Made by a program: the position numbers and the translations under genes. Positions 48,101 through 59,365 of a stretch of DNA of 64,000 nucleotides are shown in pieces. Within the stretch, counting starts at the first letter, position 1; every line of letters starts with the position of its first letter. This stretch comes from Cyanobacteria bacterium J06633_8 (GTDB taxonomy: Bacteria > Cyanobacteriota > Cyanobacteriia > Cyanobacteriales > Nostocaceae), in assembly GCA_039820645.1 (NCBI GenBank), contig JBCBPQ010000003.1, positions 54,913 to 118,912 of the forward strand, in the 5' to 3' direction. The notes under the pieces are model-generated. The model saw only the letters and a list, made by a program, of their open reading frames with translations, was not told where the DNA came from and made no database searches.

Positions 48101-49870
48101 TGCACCTAATTCTACCTTCAACGACATCACCAATTTTTCTCGTAAGGGGTCGATTGGTGGATTTGTTACTTGGGCAAACCGCTGTTTGAAATAGTCATAC
48201 AGTAAATGTGGTTTTCCAGAAAGTACCGCTAGAGGGATATCATCGCCCATACAAAAAGTGGGTTCTTTAGCATCAATTGCCATTGGTTGAATTATCATTT
48301 CCACATCTTCTGTGGTGTAACCAAAAGCCATTTGATTTCGCAACAAAGCTTTTCGATCTATTGAGTTAGCTGGTAGTTGTTGGTTGTTAGTTGTTAGTTG
48401 ATGGTTGTTAGTAGCTGAATGTCCATTTCCATTCGCACCGTTACCATTCGCACCATTTCCATTCCTAACAGTTAACTGCTCACTGTTCAATGATTTCCGA
48501 TGCTGTTGTAACCATTCCCCATAAGGATTAGCTTTAGCAACTCGCTGTTTAATTTGCCAATTTTTGAGAATTTCGTGGTTTTGCAAATCCACGGCAATCA
48601 TTTCTCCAGGACCAAGGCGACCTTTTTCAATAATATCTTCTTCACTGAAATCAACCACACCAGCTTCAGAAGCAACCACAATGTAGTCATCCGATGTTAT
48701 GTAGTAACGGGCAGGTCTCAATCCATTACGGTCTAAAGTTGCACCAACCGTCTTACCGTCGCTAAATACTAAAAGTGCCGGGCCATCCCAAGCTTCCTGT
48801 AATCCGCTGTAGTATTCGTAAAAGTCAACAATCTCAGGATAATTACTTAAAGCTGGTTGATGACGATAAGCTTCCGGAACCATTATCATCAATGCTTCCA
48901 AAGGACTGCGTCCGGAATGCACCTGCAACTCAAATACGTTATCTAAAGTTGCAGAATCGCTGTTACCTATACGCACAAAAGGCTTTAATTCTTCCAAGCG
49001 CTGCTTCCAAACTGGATGATTTAAACTCCCTTGTCTGGCTTTCATCCAGTTGATATTACCTAGTAACGTATTAATTTCTCCATTGTGACCTAACAGCCGC
49101 ATCGGTTGAGCTAAAGGCCATTTAGGCATTGTATTCGTACTAAAACGGCGATGGTAAACAACAAAACTGCTCTTATAAGCAGGATTTGTTAAATCTAAAT
49201 AGAAATCTCCCAATACAGCCGAACGCACCATTCCCTTGTAAACAATTGTCCTGCTTGATAGGGAACAGACATAAAATTCCTCCATCCAGTCGCTGTGTTG
49301 AGAACGAATCGCTTTGACAATTCGACGACGGGTAATATAAAGCTTTCTCTCTAACTCATCTCCACTCAAATCTTCTGACTGGAGAAAAATCTGTTCGATT
49401 TGCGGTTTATTTTCCTTAGCTTGCACTCCCAAAACGCTGTCATCTACAGGAACCACGCGCCATCCCAACACCTTCAAATTCTCAGAAAGCGCAATCTGTT
49501 CCACAATACCCCGTGCAGCATGAGCGGCTTGTTCGTCACGAGGTAAAAACAACATCCCTACAGCGATATTCTTTTCCGTTGCAGTTTCCAAACCCCTATA
49601 CTTCCAATCTTGTTGCAACAATTGCCAAGGGATGGCGCTTAATATTCCCGCACCATCACCAGAATCTCGATCTGCGCTACAACCACCCCTGTGTTCCAAA
49701 CAGGTTAACGCAACCAATCCTTTTGCCAAGATTTCATGACTTTCTTGCTGTTTGCGATGAGCAATGAAACCCACCCCGCAAGCGTCTCTCTCTTCGACTA
49801 ACCACTTTTGCCCTAAAAAAGTATCTGAAAATGCTATGTCGTTATCTTGATTCATCTGCTTGTTATTCAT
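45122..49870 (-). CDS. gltB: Ferredoxin-dependent glutamate synthase (Fd-GOGAT)
   Basis: 1582 aa. Ntn amidotransferase start [14 protein letters not shown]/Fe-S central and synthase domains ([36 protein letters not shown]), and a C-terminal GXGXG beta-helix. There is no NADPH small subunit next door, which fits the Fd type. Confidence 0.95.
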   Translation of the reverse strand: MNNKQMNQDNDIAFSDTFLGQKWLVEERDACGVGFIAHRKQQESHEILAKGLVALTCLEHRGGCSADRDSGDGAGILSAIPWQLLQQDWKYRGLETATEKNIAVGMLFLPRDEQAAHAARGIVEQIALSENLKVLGWRVVPVDDSVLGVQAKENKPQIEQIFLQSEDLSGDELERKLYITRRRIVKAIRSQHSDWMEEFYVCSLSSRTIVYKGMVRSAVLGDFYLDLTNPAYKSSFVVYHRRFSTNTMPKWPLAQPMRLLGHNGEINTLLGNINWMKARQGSLNHPVWKQRLEELKPFVRIGNSDSATLDNVFELQVHSGRSPLEALMIMVPEAYRHQPALSNYPEIVDFYEYYSGLQEAWDGPALLVFSDGKTVGATLDRNGLRPARYYITSDDYIVVASEAGVVDFSEEDIIEKGRLGPGEMIAVDLQNHEILKNWQIKQRVAKANPYGEWLQQHRKSLNSEQLTVRNGNGANGNGANGNGHSATNNHQLTTNNQQLPANSIDRKALLRNQMAFGYTTEDVEMIIQPMAIDAKEPTFCMGDDIPLAVLSGKPHLLYDYFKQRFAQVTNPPIDPLREKLVMSLKVELGARGNLLDPKPEYARRFKLESPVLTEAQLQEIQKSDFDTVELSTVFPISSGREGLKAAVESLQKQAVEAVRNGAKILVLSDKVDRNSQEWQEYGAIDAENTYIPPLLAVGAVHHHLIHEGLRMNASLVVNTAQCWSTHHFACLIGFGAAAVCPYMALDTLRSWWSDPKTQQFMERGKIAAVSLEKSLANYAKAVENGLLKILSKMGISLLTSYQGAQIFEAIGIGRDLLDLGFEGTTSRIGGISLIELAQEVLSIHCKAFPELNAKKLENLGFVQYRRGGEYHMNSPQMAKALHQAVDSKNYDHYEVYQKHLQGRPITALRDLIEFQSDRKPISIEEVEPVSEIVKRFCTGGMSLGALSREAHETLAIAMNRLGGKSNSGEGGEDPIRFKTLSNVNETGHSATLPHLNGLRNGDTASSAIKQVASGRFGVTPQYLMSGKQIEIKMAQGAKPGEGGQLPGKKVSEYIASLRRSKPGVTLISPPPHHDIYSIEDLAQLIFDLHQINPKAQVSVKLVSEIGIGTIAAGVAKANADIIQISGHDGGTGASPLSSIKHAGSPWELGLSEVHRVLMENSLRDRVILRVDGGLKTGWDILMAAMMGAEEFGFGSIAMIAEGCIMARVCHLNSCPVGVASQREELRKRFPGTPEKVVNFFYFIAEEVRSLLAKFGYASLSEVIGRADLMKMREDAQLTKTKALNLDCLLKLPDTRENRSWLQHEVVHSNGTVLDDDLLADVEIQNAIDRHSQINKTVTAVNTDRTIGARIAGAIASKYGDNGFKGQINLTFTGSVGQSFGAFNLPGMTLTLLGEANDYVGKGMNGGEITIKPPSIATYDPSQNVIIGNTCLYGATGGMLFARGKAGERFAVRNSKGTAVIEGAGDHCCEYMTGGVIVVLGAVGRNVGAGMTGGLGYFLDEDGSFPQLVNPEIVNIQRVVTDAGEKQLKDLITAHFERTESVKAKMILDNWQEFLPKFWQVVPPSEAASLQANTKQKELSKVL

Positions 49871-50077
49871 AGAATGTCCCCCGATAGCACTAATTTTTTG
49901 GATAAAAACTATTCGCCAAATTTCTCGCCCCCGAAAACTAAGTTACCAAAATGCCGGGAGAAAGATTTTAACTCCTGGGTTGATTTTTTGTACACCCGTG
50001 CTAAACTTATCCCGTTATTTTTTTATGTGTTTATGCTGAATTGAGCGAGTTAATCCTTGTATCGCCCTGCGAGTTGC

Positions 50078-50117
50078 GCCACTTACTACAACGGAGGAAA
50101 CCTCCGCAAGTAGTGGC
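50078..50117. repeat. Dispersed hairpin repeat (GCCACTTACTACAACGGAGGAAACCTCCG..)
   Basis: Inner 6-bp stem CGGAGG / CCTCCG and outer stem GCCACT / AGTGGC. An inverted copy of the first about 25 nt lies at 14262-14295. Confidence 0.6.
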
Positions 50118-50610
50118 TTACCAGTTTCTGACTTTATATCTTGAAGTTACATATTTTCTCAGTCAGCTTGTCTAAAATGGAAGCTTTGCTTACAGATATG
50201 GTTACATATCTCCGACCTGAAACAAAACTTCTATTTAATCATTCACTATTTCAAATACCAAAATTTCGCTAATTAGGTATCTTTTAGCAGCCTATTACAC
50301 TAATTGTCCATTTGCAATTCCAGATTACCGAGTTTGTGTAAATTTTGTCGTATTAAACCCGAATTAAGGGGGCAAATACCACTTACGAATCCGATTAATG
50401 CCTGCTACACCCCGCATAAGTAGCGTTGTATAAAAAACGATAGAACATTTACATTTATATTTTGAAAGCAAGAAATACTAGAAATGTAGGGGCGAAATAA
50501 ACCTATTTATTGATTATTATCTTGCTTTCTTTCTATTGGTATTTATACCCTATCACGTCACCGTTTTTGCAGCATGGCGATAATTATTCCGATGTCAGAT
50601 TCAGCTATTT

Positions 50611-52710
50611 TTGAGTCATCACTTAAATAACATTATGGTCAAAAAGCTTACTTTGGGTCAAAATAAAAACCGCATTGCGATAGATAATAAAAATGGTGTT
50701 TTTGTCAATATAATGGCATTGCCAATCCTGGCAATAATATTCAATTTGACTGCAACTTCTATTACTAGAGCTAAACCGACTTCTTATGAAGTTCCGCAAA
50801 ATACACCGTCGAATCAACCATTACTTATATCGACTTCAAAAAAATCGTTATTTCAAGGCAATCAAATATCTATCAATGGTCGTACCTTGCCAGGGACTTG
50901 GGTACAGCAAAAAGGTAAAAGTCAAAAGGCTCCAGTTATGACTTATATAAGTGATGGTGCCCTTCGACAACTAATAGGTGTAGATTTGTTGAGTAGCAAT
51001 AATCCACAATTGCAACCAATACAGTGGTTTTCTTCCCAATCTAAACCACAAGTGCTAACTGGTTTTTTAGAGCAGGGATATCGTTATTTAGATATTACAA
51101 AATTTGCTCGAAAAGCAAGATGGAAAGTACAAGCAAAAGGCAATACTTTAGTAATTTTTACACCAAAAGCAAAAGTAAAAACCATCAAACAAGATAAATC
51201 CTCATTTGAGCAGCAGCGGTTAGTTATAGATTTAAATCGTCCAACACCTTGGAATTTGACTGCGGGTTCCTTGATTAAAAAGCCAAAACCTAAGCCCAAG
51301 CCAAAAGTACCTCAACTTCCATTTCTACCTCGAAGTGTTGTTATTAACACCGATATTCCCGCGCCCAAACCAAAACCAGAACTGCCAGCAAGAGAATGGA
51401 TAATCACCATTGATGGAGTAGCAGATTCTAATTTAGTTAGGCGTTACACTCCTTCACCATTAATACCAAAACCAATACAGTTAGATAACCCCTTCAACAA
51501 AAAACCTTTACCAATATCAGAAAAATCGACTCCCGAACCGCTAATCAAAAAAGTTGAAGTCGTTAACAATCAAACAGTTATTCGATTAGTAGTTCCTTTC
51601 GGTTTGACTCCCCGTGTCAGCACCTTAGCCAAACCCCATCGTTTAATTGTGGATATTCGTCCAGATGCTTTAGTAGGACGTTCAATTGATTGGGCACCAG
51701 GCTTGCGTTGGAGACAGCAACTCGTCTCCTTGGGCAACGACCGCTTTCCAGTAATATGGTTAGAAGTTAATCCCCGTACTTCCAAGGTCAAAATAAGACC
51801 TGTTGCTACCAACCAAGACAAACAAGAAGGTACTGCACCTCTAATTAAAACAGCGCGAAAATACCTAGCAGCAGCCGCTATCAATGGTGGTTTCTTCAAC
51901 CGAAAAAATCGTTTGCCTCTGGGTGCAATTCGTCGCGATCGTCAATGGTTTTCTGGTCCAATTCTCAATAGAGGCGCAATTGCTTGGAACGATGCCGGTC
52001 AATTTTACATGAACCGCCTTTCTTTACAAGAAAATTTAATTTTTTCCAACAATCAAAAATTACCAATTACTCACTTAAACAGTGGATACGTAAAGCAAGG
52101 AATAGCTAGATACACGCATCTATGGGGACAAAACTATACACCTCTTACTGACAACGAAATTATTGTAGCAGTTGAAAACAATAAAGTTATTCAACAATAT
52201 GCAGGGGCTAAAGCTCGAGTTGGCTTTGCTCCCATTCCTAAAAATGGCTATCTACTGGCTCTACGGGCTGGTGCTGTAAATAACGCTGCTAAATTCCAAA
52301 TTGGAACTCCTTTACGCCTTGTCAGTTCCGCTGTTTCCTCAGAATTTAATCGCTATCCCCATGTATTGGGAGCCGGACCCCTATTATTAAAAGACAATCA
52401 AATTGTTCTTGATGCTCAAGCCGAAAATTTCAGTAAAGCCTTTGCAGAGCAAAAAGCCATCCGTAGCGCCATTTGCACTACTAACAGCGGAAAACTTATA
52501 GTTGCTGCCGTACACGATAGGGCTGGTGGAAAGGGACCAAGCTTAACAGAACATGCTCAATTAATGCAGCAGCTAGGGTGCGTCAACGCTCTTAACTTAG
52601 ACGGTGGTAGTTCCACAAGTCTCTATTTAGGAGGACAACTACTTGACCGTTCCCAGAATACTGCTGCGAGCGTTCATAACGGCATTGGTATTTTCTTACC
52701 GCGTCCGTAA
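50611..52710 (+). CDS. Phosphodiester glycosidase family protein (NAGPA/DUF2233-like) with a Pro/Lys-rich linker
   Basis: The C-terminal domain has AAINGGFF, GAGPLLLKDN, RSAICT and ALNLDGGSSTSL. The start is uncertain: TTG 50611, ATG 50635, or ATG 50713 before a signal-like helix. Confidence 0.7.
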   Translation: MSHHLNNIMVKKLTLGQNKNRIAIDNKNGVFVNIMALPILAIIFNLTATSITRAKPTSYEVPQNTPSNQPLLISTSKKSLFQGNQISINGRTLPGTWVQQKGKSQKAPVMTYISDGALRQLIGVDLLSSNNPQLQPIQWFSSQSKPQVLTGFLEQGYRYLDITKFARKARWKVQAKGNTLVIFTPKAKVKTIKQDKSSFEQQRLVIDLNRPTPWNLTAGSLIKKPKPKPKPKVPQLPFLPRSVVINTDIPAPKPKPELPAREWIITIDGVADSNLVRRYTPSPLIPKPIQLDNPFNKKPLPISEKSTPEPLIKKVEVVNNQTVIRLVVPFGLTPRVSTLAKPHRLIVDIRPDALVGRSIDWAPGLRWRQQLVSLGNDRFPVIWLEVNPRTSKVKIRPVATNQDKQEGTAPLIKTARKYLAAAAINGGFFNRKNRLPLGAIRRDRQWFSGPILNRGAIAWNDAGQFYMNRLSLQENLIFSNNQKLPITHLNSGYVKQGIARYTHLWGQNYTPLTDNEIIVAVENNKVIQQYAGAKARVGFAPIPKNGYLLALRAGAVNNAAKFQIGTPLRLVSSAVSSEFNRYPHVLGAGPLLLKDNQIVLDAQAENFSKAFAEQKAIRSAICTTNSGKLIVAAVHDRAGGKGPSLTEHAQLMQQLGCVNALNLDGGSSTSLYLGGQLLDRSQNTAASVHNGIGIFLPRP

Positions 52711-52714
52711 AGAA

Positions 52715-52861
52715 AGTAGCAAGTAGCGAGTAACGAGTAGGAATGGAAGATTAAGCAGCACAGATAAAAACAAGAAAGTAATTCACTTGCTACTTGCTAC
52801 TCAATCCTTTCAATCCTTAACTCCTAACTCCCAATGCCCAATCACCTATGCCCCATGCCCA
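52715..52861. repeat. Inverted STRR arms (AGTAGCA-type versus CTTGCTA-type) followed by further heptamers
   Basis: AGTAGCAAGTAGCGAGTAACGAGTAGG (52715-41) is complementary to CACTTGCTACTTGCTACTC (52784-802). TCAATCC/TAACTCC/AATGCCC heptamers follow. Confidence 0.7.
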
Positions 52862-53140
52862 TTCTGGATACTTAGTCAAAATTAGTAATTTAATTGACTA
52901 TTAAACTTAAGTATGTTGTAAGGATAAATTACTAATAAGTGAAGAGTTTTTAAAGCTTGTAAAAAGCTAGCTTTATGATTGATGAAGAATTGGTGTAAAC
53001 ATACGATTATTGCTACCTGTTGATTACACCGCAACAGATAGCTTTGGTATGTTTGGCTAAAGTGGACTTAATTGCAGACAATTACGGTTGCAATATCACA
53101 CTACTTTTTTCCAACAATAGTAGAGTACTAGCGGTTTTTT

Positions 53141-53581
53141 ATGTCTTCAAACGAGGGAACTATGGCTCAATTCCAAGAAACAACAGAAGCTAACGCATTT
53201 ACCCTACCCCCAGCAGTGACTCCTGAAGGCGTTGCTGCAACAGAATTACGCCCTTGGGGTTCTTTTACGATTTTGGAAGAAGCACGTGGCTATAAAATCA
53301 AGCGCATTGAAGTTAAACCAGGTCATCGCTTAAGCTTACAAATGCACCATCACCGTAGCGAACACTGGATTGTAGTTTCTGGAACTGCTAAAGTGACTTG
53401 CGGCGAAGAAGAAATTGTATTAAGCAATAATCAGTCTACCTACGTACCACAATGCACCGCCCATCGTCTAGAAAACCCTGGAGTAATTCCTTTGGTATTG
53501 ATTGAAGTCCAAAATGGGGAATACTTAGGAGAAGACGATATTGTCCGTTATCAAGATGATTATGCGCGTGCTGAAAAATAA
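53141..53581 (+). CDS. Stand-alone cupin, type II phosphomannose isomerase (ManC C-terminal domain-like)
   Basis: RPWGSF..L.E...YKIKRIEVKPG.RLSLQMHHHRSEHWIVVSGTA.V......L..NQS.Y.P....HRLENPG. Confidence 0.75.
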   Translation: MSSNEGTMAQFQETTEANAFTLPPAVTPEGVAATELRPWGSFTILEEARGYKIKRIEVKPGHRLSLQMHHHRSEHWIVVSGTAKVTCGEEEIVLSNNQSTYVPQCTAHRLENPGVIPLVLIEVQNGEYLGEDDIVRYQDDYARAEK

Positions 53582-53826
53582 AATTAGGGATATTTTACTT
53601 TTGGTCATAACTTGCATTTAAAAATATATTGTGTTTTGGACAGGCGCACGGAAACTACGACCTTTTAGGTTTATGCTTTCCGTGTGTTATTTTTTAGAAA
53701 TTTATAGAAAAGGTAAATTTCCATAAAAAGGGGTGATATTAAAAAAGCTACCTACCCTCTGTTCGCTTACAACTTCTAACTGCTAATCTAGAATTTAAAA
53801 TCTCAAGTTTTAGATAAAAATCTCAA

Positions 53827-54159
53827 ATGATTCAACTTTCTCAAGCAGCAGCAGATGAGATCGAACGTTTAAAATCGAAGCAGAAAAAACCCAACATTTT
53901 ATTTAGACTAACCGTCAAGCCTGGTGGTTGTTCTGGTTGGTTTTACGATATGTCTTTTAACGACGAACAAACATTAACACAAGGCGATCGCATTTTTACT
54001 TCTAGGGATATCGAAATCGTTTTAGATGCCCAAACCCTAGAGCAGGTTCAAGGGTCAACTATAGAATACTCCGAAGACCTGATGGGTGGAGGTTTTCGCT
54101 TTTATAACCCCCAAGCAAGTGAGGTTTGCGGCTGCGGGAACTCGTTTTCCATTGACTAG
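53827..54159 (+). CDS. Iron-sulfur cluster insertion protein (HesB/IscA/ErpA family)
   Basis: KPGGCSG in the N-terminal half and the C-terminal CGCGNSFS motif. Confidence 0.85.
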   Translation: MIQLSQAAADEIERLKSKQKKPNILFRLTVKPGGCSGWFYDMSFNDEQTLTQGDRIFTSRDIEIVLDAQTLEQVQGSTIEYSEDLMGGGFRFYNPQASEVCGCGNSFSID

Positions 54160-54342
54160 ATTCAGTTACTGGTTTCCGTTTAACATCTGTAAATTTATAA
54201 CTCCTAACTCCTTAAACCCAATTTCCCTAATATTAAAAATTAATAAAATTTTTATCAAAATTTGACATAATCTTTTTAAAAAAGAGATATAATCAGGATT
54301 TGTTAAAACTTAGACAATCAGCAGCTTCACGTGCTGTAACTC

Positions 54343-54720
54343 ATGCCAACAATACAGCAATTAATTCGTAACGAGCGCTCTAAAGCGCGTCAGAAAACCA
54401 AGTCCCCGGCTCTGAAACAATGCCCTCAAAGGCGGGGCGTTTGTACCAGGGTTTATACAACAACACCTAAAAAACCTAATTCGGCTCTGAGAAAAGTAGC
54501 AAGGGTAAGATTAACTTCTGGATTTGAGGTTACGGCTTACATTCCAGGAATTGGTCACAATTTGCAAGAACACTCAGTTGTGATGATTCGTGGCGGTAGG
54601 GTTAAGGACTTACCGGGGGTGAGATATCACATTATTCGTGGAACTTTAGATACTGCCGGAGTCAAAGACCGCAAGCAAGGTCGTTCCAAGTACGGAACAA
54701 AACGTCCGAAGGAATCGTAA
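54343..54720 (+). CDS. rpsL: 30S ribosomal protein S12
   Basis: [10 protein letters not shown]......[35 protein letters not shown]. Confidence 0.97.
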   Translation: MPTIQQLIRNERSKARQKTKSPALKQCPQRRGVCTRVYTTTPKKPNSALRKVARVRLTSGFEVTAYIPGIGHNLQEHSVVMIRGGRVKDLPGVRYHIIRGTLDTAGVKDRKQGRSKYGTKRPKES

Positions 54721-54796
54721 TTGTGGCTGTGGTTTGTCGCGTTGTTTTTTAGATTCAATTGCGAGAGTGATTGTATATAATTCAAATTCTAAAAGT

Positions 54797-54934
54797 CTAC
54801 AGCTACCCAAAACGCTTGAATGTGTTTAAAAACTATCCTTATGGGTCGGCTGTAGTTGTTTTCTCGGGCTATCCTTGAAGGTCGGTTGACTCAAGGGAGA
54901 ACAATCCCGGTAAACGAAGAAAATAGCTACAGCT
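54797..54934 (+). promoter_or_regulatory. Candidate structured RNA or leader with two mutually exclusive helices in the rpsL-rpsG spacer
   Basis: Helix A: 54797-54808 (CTACAGCTACCC) pairs with 54843-54855 (GGGTCGGCTGTAG). Helix B: 54848-54863 pairs with 54919-54934 over 16 consecutive bp, including 3 G-U pairs that work only in the plus-sense RNA. Helix B encloses CGGG/CCCG (54865-68 / 54906-09) and CCTTGA/TCAAGG (54873-78 / 54891-96). Confidence 0.4.
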
Positions 54935-55168
54935 CATCTGTGATTGGAAACAGCGCGACAGTTCGGTATGTAAAATACTAGAATCATAAGACGTTTTGGA
55001 TTTCCATTTAAATATCAACGTAAAAATCATGACGCTTGATATCTATAGTTGGAGCGGTTTTTCAACTATTCGGAGCGTTATCTGTATACTGATAAAGTTG
55101 AGAAAGTCCACAGCAACTAAAGTTTTTTGAGCGGTTAGTTCGGGTTTTTGGATTCCTATGGTGAATTT

Positions 55169-55202
55169 TGCTCGCTTAAAATAATTCGCGAGCAGTGTTT
55201 TT
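55169..55202 (+). terminator. Terminator-like stem-loop inside the rpsL-rpsG spacer
   Basis: 7-bp stem TGCTCGC / GCGAGCA with a 12-nt loop, followed by GTGTTTTT. Confidence 0.35.
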
Positions 55203-55354
55203 AACAAATTATGACCGCAATAACCCATCCGCTTTCCGAGTTGCAATGTAAGACGGAAGTTCGCGGGTCATAAAAATAGGGATTCATACTATATAATGCC
55301 CGGAAGTATCAATATCATTTCTCTGTAGTTGCTATATTGAATTAAAGGTTAAGT

Positions 55355-55825
55355 ATGTCTCGTCGTGGTGTAATTCAAAGGCGCGCAGTTCCGCCTGATT
55401 CAGTTTACAACAGTCGGTTGATTAGTATGACAATCCGCCGCATAATGCGTCATGGCAAGAAATCTCTTGCTGCGCGGATAGTTTATGACGCAATGAAAAT
55501 CATTGAAGAAAGAACTGGTGGCGATCCCACAGAAGTATTTGAAAGAGCAATACGCAATCTAACTCCATTGGTGGAAGTTAAAGCCCGAAGAGTCGGTGGT
55601 GCGACTTATCAAGTACCAATGGAAGTACGTTCGGAAAGAGGTACAACCTTAGCGCTACGTTGGTTGGTGCAGTATTCTCGCCAGCGCCCAGGTCGTACAA
55701 TGGCTAGTAAGCTAGCAAACGAGTTGATGGATGCTTCCAACGAGACAGGTAGCGCAATTCGCAAGCGAGAAGAAACACACCGGATGGCAGAAGCAAATAA
55801 AGCCTTTGCACATTATCGTTATTAG
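55355..55825 (+). CDS. rpsG: 30S ribosomal protein S7
   Basis: MSRRG...R...PD.VYNS.L....I.R.M..GKKS.A..IVY.A, ending ..[11 protein letters not shown]. Confidence 0.97.
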   Translation: MSRRGVIQRRAVPPDSVYNSRLISMTIRRIMRHGKKSLAARIVYDAMKIIEERTGGDPTEVFERAIRNLTPLVEVKARRVGGATYQVPMEVRSERGTTLALRWLVQYSRQRPGRTMASKLANELMDASNETGSAIRKREETHRMAEANKAFAHYRY

Positions 55826-55974
55826 GTTAAAGACGGATATATTGCTTTGTGGTTAAGGTGCCATATCATCTTTATTGCTATAAAGTCGGACAGTTTTAGG
55901 CTCGTAAGTATTATTCGATTTACATCCGTGTAATATACAAGATATCAAGAGGCAAAAGCCATAGGAGGCTGCTT

Positions 55975-58056
55975 TTGGCACGTACCAACCCGCTAGAAAA
56001 AGTTCGCAATATGGGTATTGCGGCGCATATTGATGCGGGAAAAACTACAACAACAGAAAGAATACTGTTTTACTCCGGCATCATTCACAAAATAGGTGAA
56101 GTTCACGAGGGAACGGCTGTTACCGATTGGATGGCACAAGAACGGGAGCGAGGTATTACTATCACCGCTGCTGCAATTAGTACCAGTTGGAAAGACCATC
56201 AAATTAACATTATCGATACTCCCGGCCATGTGGACTTCACTATTGAAGTTGAACGTTCTATGCGGGTATTGGATGGTGTAATTACGGTTTTATGCTCTGT
56301 GGGCGGCGTGCAGCCTCAGACGGAGACGGTTTGGCGACAAGCAGACCGTTATAAAGTGCCGAGAATCATCTTTGTTAACAAGATGGATCGCACAGGCGCG
56401 AACTTTTATAAGGTTTACGAACAAGTACGCGATCGTCTGCGAGCTAATGCTATTCCCATTCAATTGCCCATCGGTAGCGAAAGCGAGTTTAGCGGCATTA
56501 TTGACTTGGTGAAAATGCGTGCTTTTATTTACAACAACGACCAAGGCACGGATATTCAAGAGCAGGATATTCCGGACGAAATGCAGGAATTGGCTCTTGA
56601 ATATCGTACCAAACTGATTGAAGCAGTAGCGGAAACCTCGGATGAGTTGATGACTAAGTACTTCGAGGGCGAAGAGCTTACCGAAGAAGAGGTAACATTT
56701 GCTTTACGTAAAGGTACAATAGCCGGAACTATGGTGCCGATGCTTTGCGGCTCGGCATTCAAAAATAAAGGCGTACAGCTATTGCTCGATGCGGTGGTTG
56801 ATTATTTGCCATCTCCATTGGAAGTACCTGCAATTCAAGGAACTTTACCAAGTGGTGAAACCGTTGAAAGACAGAGTGACGATGAAGCTCCTTTAGCGGC
56901 TTTAGCTTTTAAGGTAATGGCCGATCCCTACGGTCGTTTGACATTCGTTCGGGTTTATTCTGGCGTGCTGAAGAAAGGCAGTTACGTCTATAACTCTACC
57001 AAAGGGAAAAAAGAACGAATTTCCCGACTGGTAGTGATGAAAGCAGATGACCGACAAGATGTCGAACAATTAGCTGCGGGAGACTTAGGAGCCACTGTAG
57101 GTCTGAAAGACACCTTAACAGGTGATACGCTTTGCGAACAGGATTCTCCCATAATTCTGGAATCGCTTTATATTCCAGAACCAGTAATATCCGTTGCGGT
57201 TGAACCCAAGACTAAAGTGGATATGGAGAAGTTAGGTAGAGCATTGCAGTCACTTTCGGAAGAAGATCCAACCTTCCGAGTTAGCGTTAACCCTGAAACC
57301 AATCAAACAGTGATTGCAGGAATGGGCGAACTACACTTAGAAATTCTGGTAGATAGAATGCTACGAGAATTTAAGGTAGAAGCTAATGTTGGTGCCCCGC
57401 AGGTTGCTTATCGCGAGACAATCCGCAAGCAAGTTAACGGAATTGAAGGTAAATTCATCCGTCAGAGCGGTGGTAAAGGTCAATACGGTCACGTAGTTGT
57501 AAATTTAGAACCCGCAGACGAGGGAAGTGGTTTTGAATTTGTTTCCAAGATTGTCGGCGGTACGATACCAAAAGAGTATATTGCACCGGTCGAGCAGGGA
57601 ATGAAAGAAACCTGTGAATCCGGTATTATAGCTGGGTATCCACTAATTGATGTTAAAGCAACATTAGTCGATGGGTCTTATCATGATGTAGACTCTTCGG
57701 AAATGGCTTTCAAAATTGCCGGTTCAATGGCGATGAAAGAAGCGGTGATGAAAGCTTCACCAGTGCTGTTAGAGCCATTGATGAAAGTTGAGGTAGAAGT
57801 TCCCGAAGAATTTCTTGGGGACGTTATGGGCGACCTCAACTCTCGTCGCGGTCAAATTGAAGGCATGGGGTCCGAACAAGGTTTAGCCAAAGTAACTTCA
57901 AAAGTTCCATTGGCAGAAATGTTTGGTTACGCAACTGACATTCGGTCAAAAACCCAAGGTCGGGGTATTTTCTCGATGCAGTTTAGTAACTACGAAGAAG
58001 TGCCTCGCAACGTGGCTGAGGCAATTATCGCTAAAAACAAGGGAACGCATAGTTAA
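55975..58056 (+). CDS. fusA: Elongation factor G
   Basis: TTG start. [35 protein letters not shown], and full-length EF-G domains. Confidence 0.97.
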   Translation: MARTNPLEKVRNMGIAAHIDAGKTTTTERILFYSGIIHKIGEVHEGTAVTDWMAQERERGITITAAAISTSWKDHQINIIDTPGHVDFTIEVERSMRVLDGVITVLCSVGGVQPQTETVWRQADRYKVPRIIFVNKMDRTGANFYKVYEQVRDRLRANAIPIQLPIGSESEFSGIIDLVKMRAFIYNNDQGTDIQEQDIPDEMQELALEYRTKLIEAVAETSDELMTKYFEGEELTEEEVTFALRKGTIAGTMVPMLCGSAFKNKGVQLLLDAVVDYLPSPLEVPAIQGTLPSGETVERQSDDEAPLAALAFKVMADPYGRLTFVRVYSGVLKKGSYVYNSTKGKKERISRLVVMKADDRQDVEQLAAGDLGATVGLKDTLTGDTLCEQDSPIILESLYIPEPVISVAVEPKTKVDMEKLGRALQSLSEEDPTFRVSVNPETNQTVIAGMGELHLEILVDRMLREFKVEANVGAPQVAYRETIRKQVNGIEGKFIRQSGGKGQYGHVVVNLEPADEGSGFEFVSKIVGGTIPKEYIAPVEQGMKETCESGIIAGYPLIDVKATLVDGSYHDVDSSEMAFKIAGSMAMKEAVMKASPVLLEPLMKVEVEVPEEFLGDVMGDLNSRRGQIEGMGSEQGLAKVTSKVPLAEMFGYATDIRSKTQGRGIFSMQFSNYEEVPRNVAEAIIAKNKGTHS

Positions 58057-58074
58057 AAAAGGAAACGAGGATAA

Positions 58075-59304
58075 ATGGCACGCGAAAAATTTGAAAGAAA
58101 TAAACCACACGTTAATATCGGTACTATTGGCCACGTTGACCACGGTAAAACCACGTTGACAGCAGCCATCACCATGACTTTATCTGCCTTGGGTAACGCT
58201 GCGGCGAAGGATTACGCTGATATCGACAACGCACCTGAAGAAAAGGCACGGGGTATTACCATCAACACTGCCCACGTTGAATACGAAACAGGCGATCGCC
58301 ATTACGCTCACGTGGACTGTCCCGGACATGCTGACTATGTGAAAAATATGATCACTGGTGCAGCCCAAATGGACGGCGCTATTCTTGTGGTATCTGCTGC
58401 TGACGGCCCAATGCCCCAAACCCGCGAACACATTCTGTTAGCGAAGCAGGTTGGTGTACCCAGCCTGGTTGTCTTCTTGAACAAGCAAGACATGGTAGAT
58501 GATGATGAATTGTTGGAGTTGGTGGAATTGGAAGTCCGCGAACTTCTTAGCGACTACGACTTTCCTGGCGACGATATTCCCGTAGTTGCTGGTTCTGGTT
58601 TGCAAGCCTTGGAAAAAATGCTTGCCAATCCCAAAACTCAGAAAGGTGAAGACGAGTGGGTAGACAAAATCTACGATTTGATGGAACAGGTAGATGCTTT
58701 CATTCCTACTCCCGAACGTGCCGTAGATAAGCCTTTCTTGATGGCAGTGGAAGATGTATTCTCCATTACAGGTCGCGGTACTGTGGCTACTGGTAGAATC
58801 GAACGCGGAGTAGTTAAAGTTGGCGACCAAGTTGAATTGGTTGGTCTCAGAGATACTCGTCCCACTACCGTAACTGGTATCGAGATGTTCAAGAAGAGTC
58901 TCGATCAAGGTATGGCTGGAGACAATGCTGGAATCCTATTGCGTGGTATGCAGAAAGATGATATCGAGCGTGGCATAGTAATTGCAAAGCCCGGTAGCAT
59001 TACCCCTCACACCGAATTTGAAGGTGAAGTATACGTTTTAACAGATAAAGAAGGCGGTCGTAAGACTCCATTTTTCTCGGGTTACCGCCCTCAGTTCTAC
59101 GTGCGTACTACCGATGTGACTGGTACAATTAAGTCCTTCACTGCTGATGACGGTAGTGCTGCGGAAATGGTAATGCCTGGAGACCGCATCAAAATGAATG
59201 TAGAACTCATCAACGCAATTGCGATTGAGCAGGGAATGCGCTTTGCAATTCGTGAAGGTGGTCGTACCATTGGTGCTGGTGTAGTTTCTAAAATCATCAA
59301 GTAA
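58075..59304 (+). CDS. tuf: Elongation factor Tu
   Basis: [28 protein letters not shown], and full length at 409 aa. Confidence 0.98.
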   Translation: MAREKFERNKPHVNIGTIGHVDHGKTTLTAAITMTLSALGNAAAKDYADIDNAPEEKARGITINTAHVEYETGDRHYAHVDCPGHADYVKNMITGAAQMDGAILVVSAADGPMPQTREHILLAKQVGVPSLVVFLNKQDMVDDDELLELVELEVRELLSDYDFPGDDIPVVAGSGLQALEKMLANPKTQKGEDEWVDKIYDLMEQVDAFIPTPERAVDKPFLMAVEDVFSITGRGTVATGRIERGVVKVGDQVELVGLRDTRPTTVTGIEMFKKSLDQGMAGDNAGILLRGMQKDDIERGIVIAKPGSITPHTEFEGEVYVLTDKEGGRKTPFFSGYRPQFYVRTTDVTGTIKSFTADDGSAAEMVMPGDRIKMNVELINAIAIEQGMRFAIREGGRTIGAGVVSKIIK

Positions 59305-59334
59305 CGGGACGCACCGGCTTTAACTAGAATACGA

Positions 59335-59365
59335 GCAGAGATGGTATTACACCTCTCTGCTTTTT
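59335..59365 (+). terminator. Rho-independent terminator after tuf
   Basis: 7-bp stem GCAGAGA / TCTCTGC with a 12-nt loop, followed by TTTTT. Confidence 0.7.

Noticed and set aside
46284-49767. Six plus-strand ORFs (60-92 aa) inside gltB
   Set aside because: They are antisense shadow ORFs within a 1582-aa gene whose identity is unambiguous. They have no motifs or start context.
54262-54293. Promoter for rpsL: consensus TTGACA (54262-67) and TATAAT (54288-93)
   Set aside because: Both hexamers are perfect, but the spacer is 20 nt rather than 17 plus or minus 1. I do not report it as a feature. It remains a candidate to test by TSS mapping.
55043-55246. Minus-strand 67-aa ORF inside the rpsL-rpsG spacer
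   Set aside because: It is antisense to the str operon, has no Shine-Dalgarno sequence, and its peptide is not protein-like. The region is better explained by plus-sense RNA structure. It cannot be strictly excluded without expression data.
58180-59300. Minus-strand ORFs (67-156 aa) inside tuf, and similar ones inside fusA
   Set aside because: They are antisense shadows within highly conserved translation-factor genes.
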